Source of the DNA: Calcarisporiella thermophila CBS 279.70
Lineage: Eukaryota; Fungi; Calcarisporiellomycota
DNA length: 64,000 bases
Assembly: GCF_041956535.1 (NCBI RefSeq)
Contig: NW_027192227.1
Coordinates: forward strand, 74,977 to 138,976
Reading direction: 5' to 3'
A model generated the notes under the pieces. The model made no database searches. It saw only the letters and a list, made by a program, of their open reading frames with translations, and was not told the origin of the DNA. Below, piece by piece: positions 63,601-64,000 of this stretch; the first letter of the stretch is position 1; every line of letters begins with the position of its first letter. The position numbers were made by a program, and so were the translations under genes.

Positions 63601-64000
63601 CATAATTTTGTGAGAAACTGCTAAGGTGTACTTTTAGTTTTTCAGGAAAAGTGGAGAAAGAGTATCGGCTAGCTGGAACGGTTGCTGGAGAGGCTATTCG
63701 CGAAATAAGAACCATAGCATCACTCGGAGTTGAGGACGATTTTGAAAAGAAATATGCAGGTTGGTGATATATTTGGCCATAGTTTTCAGCTATATTTGAT
63801 GAATAAATTATTTGATTAGACTATTGCCAAGTGCCCCATAGCTTCGCAATAAGAAAGGCATTTGTTACCTCCATCGGATTTGGGTTATCTCAAGGACTAC
63901 ATAATCTTGTCCACATATTGGGATTGTATGTCGGAGCACAACTCATACATTCAGGCGAAATGACCTCTCAGCAAGTCGCAGTGGTGTTGTTTACGGTCAC
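60617..64000 (+). pseudogene. ABCB-6: ABCB/MDR1-like gene with nonsense codons, runs off the window; N-half (TMD1-NBD1, ~674 aa) is open
   Basis: Exons 60617-60792, 60860-61082, 61142-61592, 61659-61809 and 61872 onward are in frame until TAA at 62893-62895 (GAA/GAG in paralogs); a second stop TGA lies at 63288-63290 (CGN in paralogs). Confidence 0.85.

Noticed and set aside
1-64000. RIP-type mutation, rRNA/tRNA genes, CRISPR arrays, secondary-metabolite biosynthetic genes
   Set aside because: None was recognised by eye. Highly similar duplicates remain open, which argues against strong RIP, and no PKS/NRPS or tailoring enzyme lies in the window, so a self-resistance cluster cannot be supported here.

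Overview
Eukaryotic, AT-rich, intron-rich (mostly 55-75 nt GT-AG introns) fungal-type DNA; an early-diverging fungus is plausible but cannot be shown from this window. The window is a + strand tandem array of two alternating gene families. (1) Six copies of a full-size ABCB/P-glycoprotein (MDR1-type) exporter with an 11-exon structure: two intact (1615-5998, 47552-51944), two with frameshifts or nonsense codons (22756-27124, 60617->64000) and two lacking the 5' half (27851-30364, 38186-40780). (2) Eight copies of a 4-exon, ~520-aa protein resembling the fungal-specific transcription-factor middle homology region (Fungal_trans/MHR) but with no visible Zn2Cys6 DNA-binding domain; all eight look open wherever sequence is available, and two contain N gaps. 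A decayed chromodomain-bearing Ty3/gypsy element recurs upstream of five of the six ABCB copies, so the ancestral repeat unit appears to be [gypsy - ABCB - MHR]. The window also holds two DIRS-type retroelement relics, a solo LTR with a 5-bp target-site duplication, a small inverted-repeat element and a PIF/Harbinger element with an intact transposase ORF. The main candidate novelty, which is inference, is a co-amplified and diversifying 'efflux pump + DNA-binding-less ligand-sensor-like protein' cassette. Exon boundaries were read by eye and all domain calls are motif recognition, not database searches.
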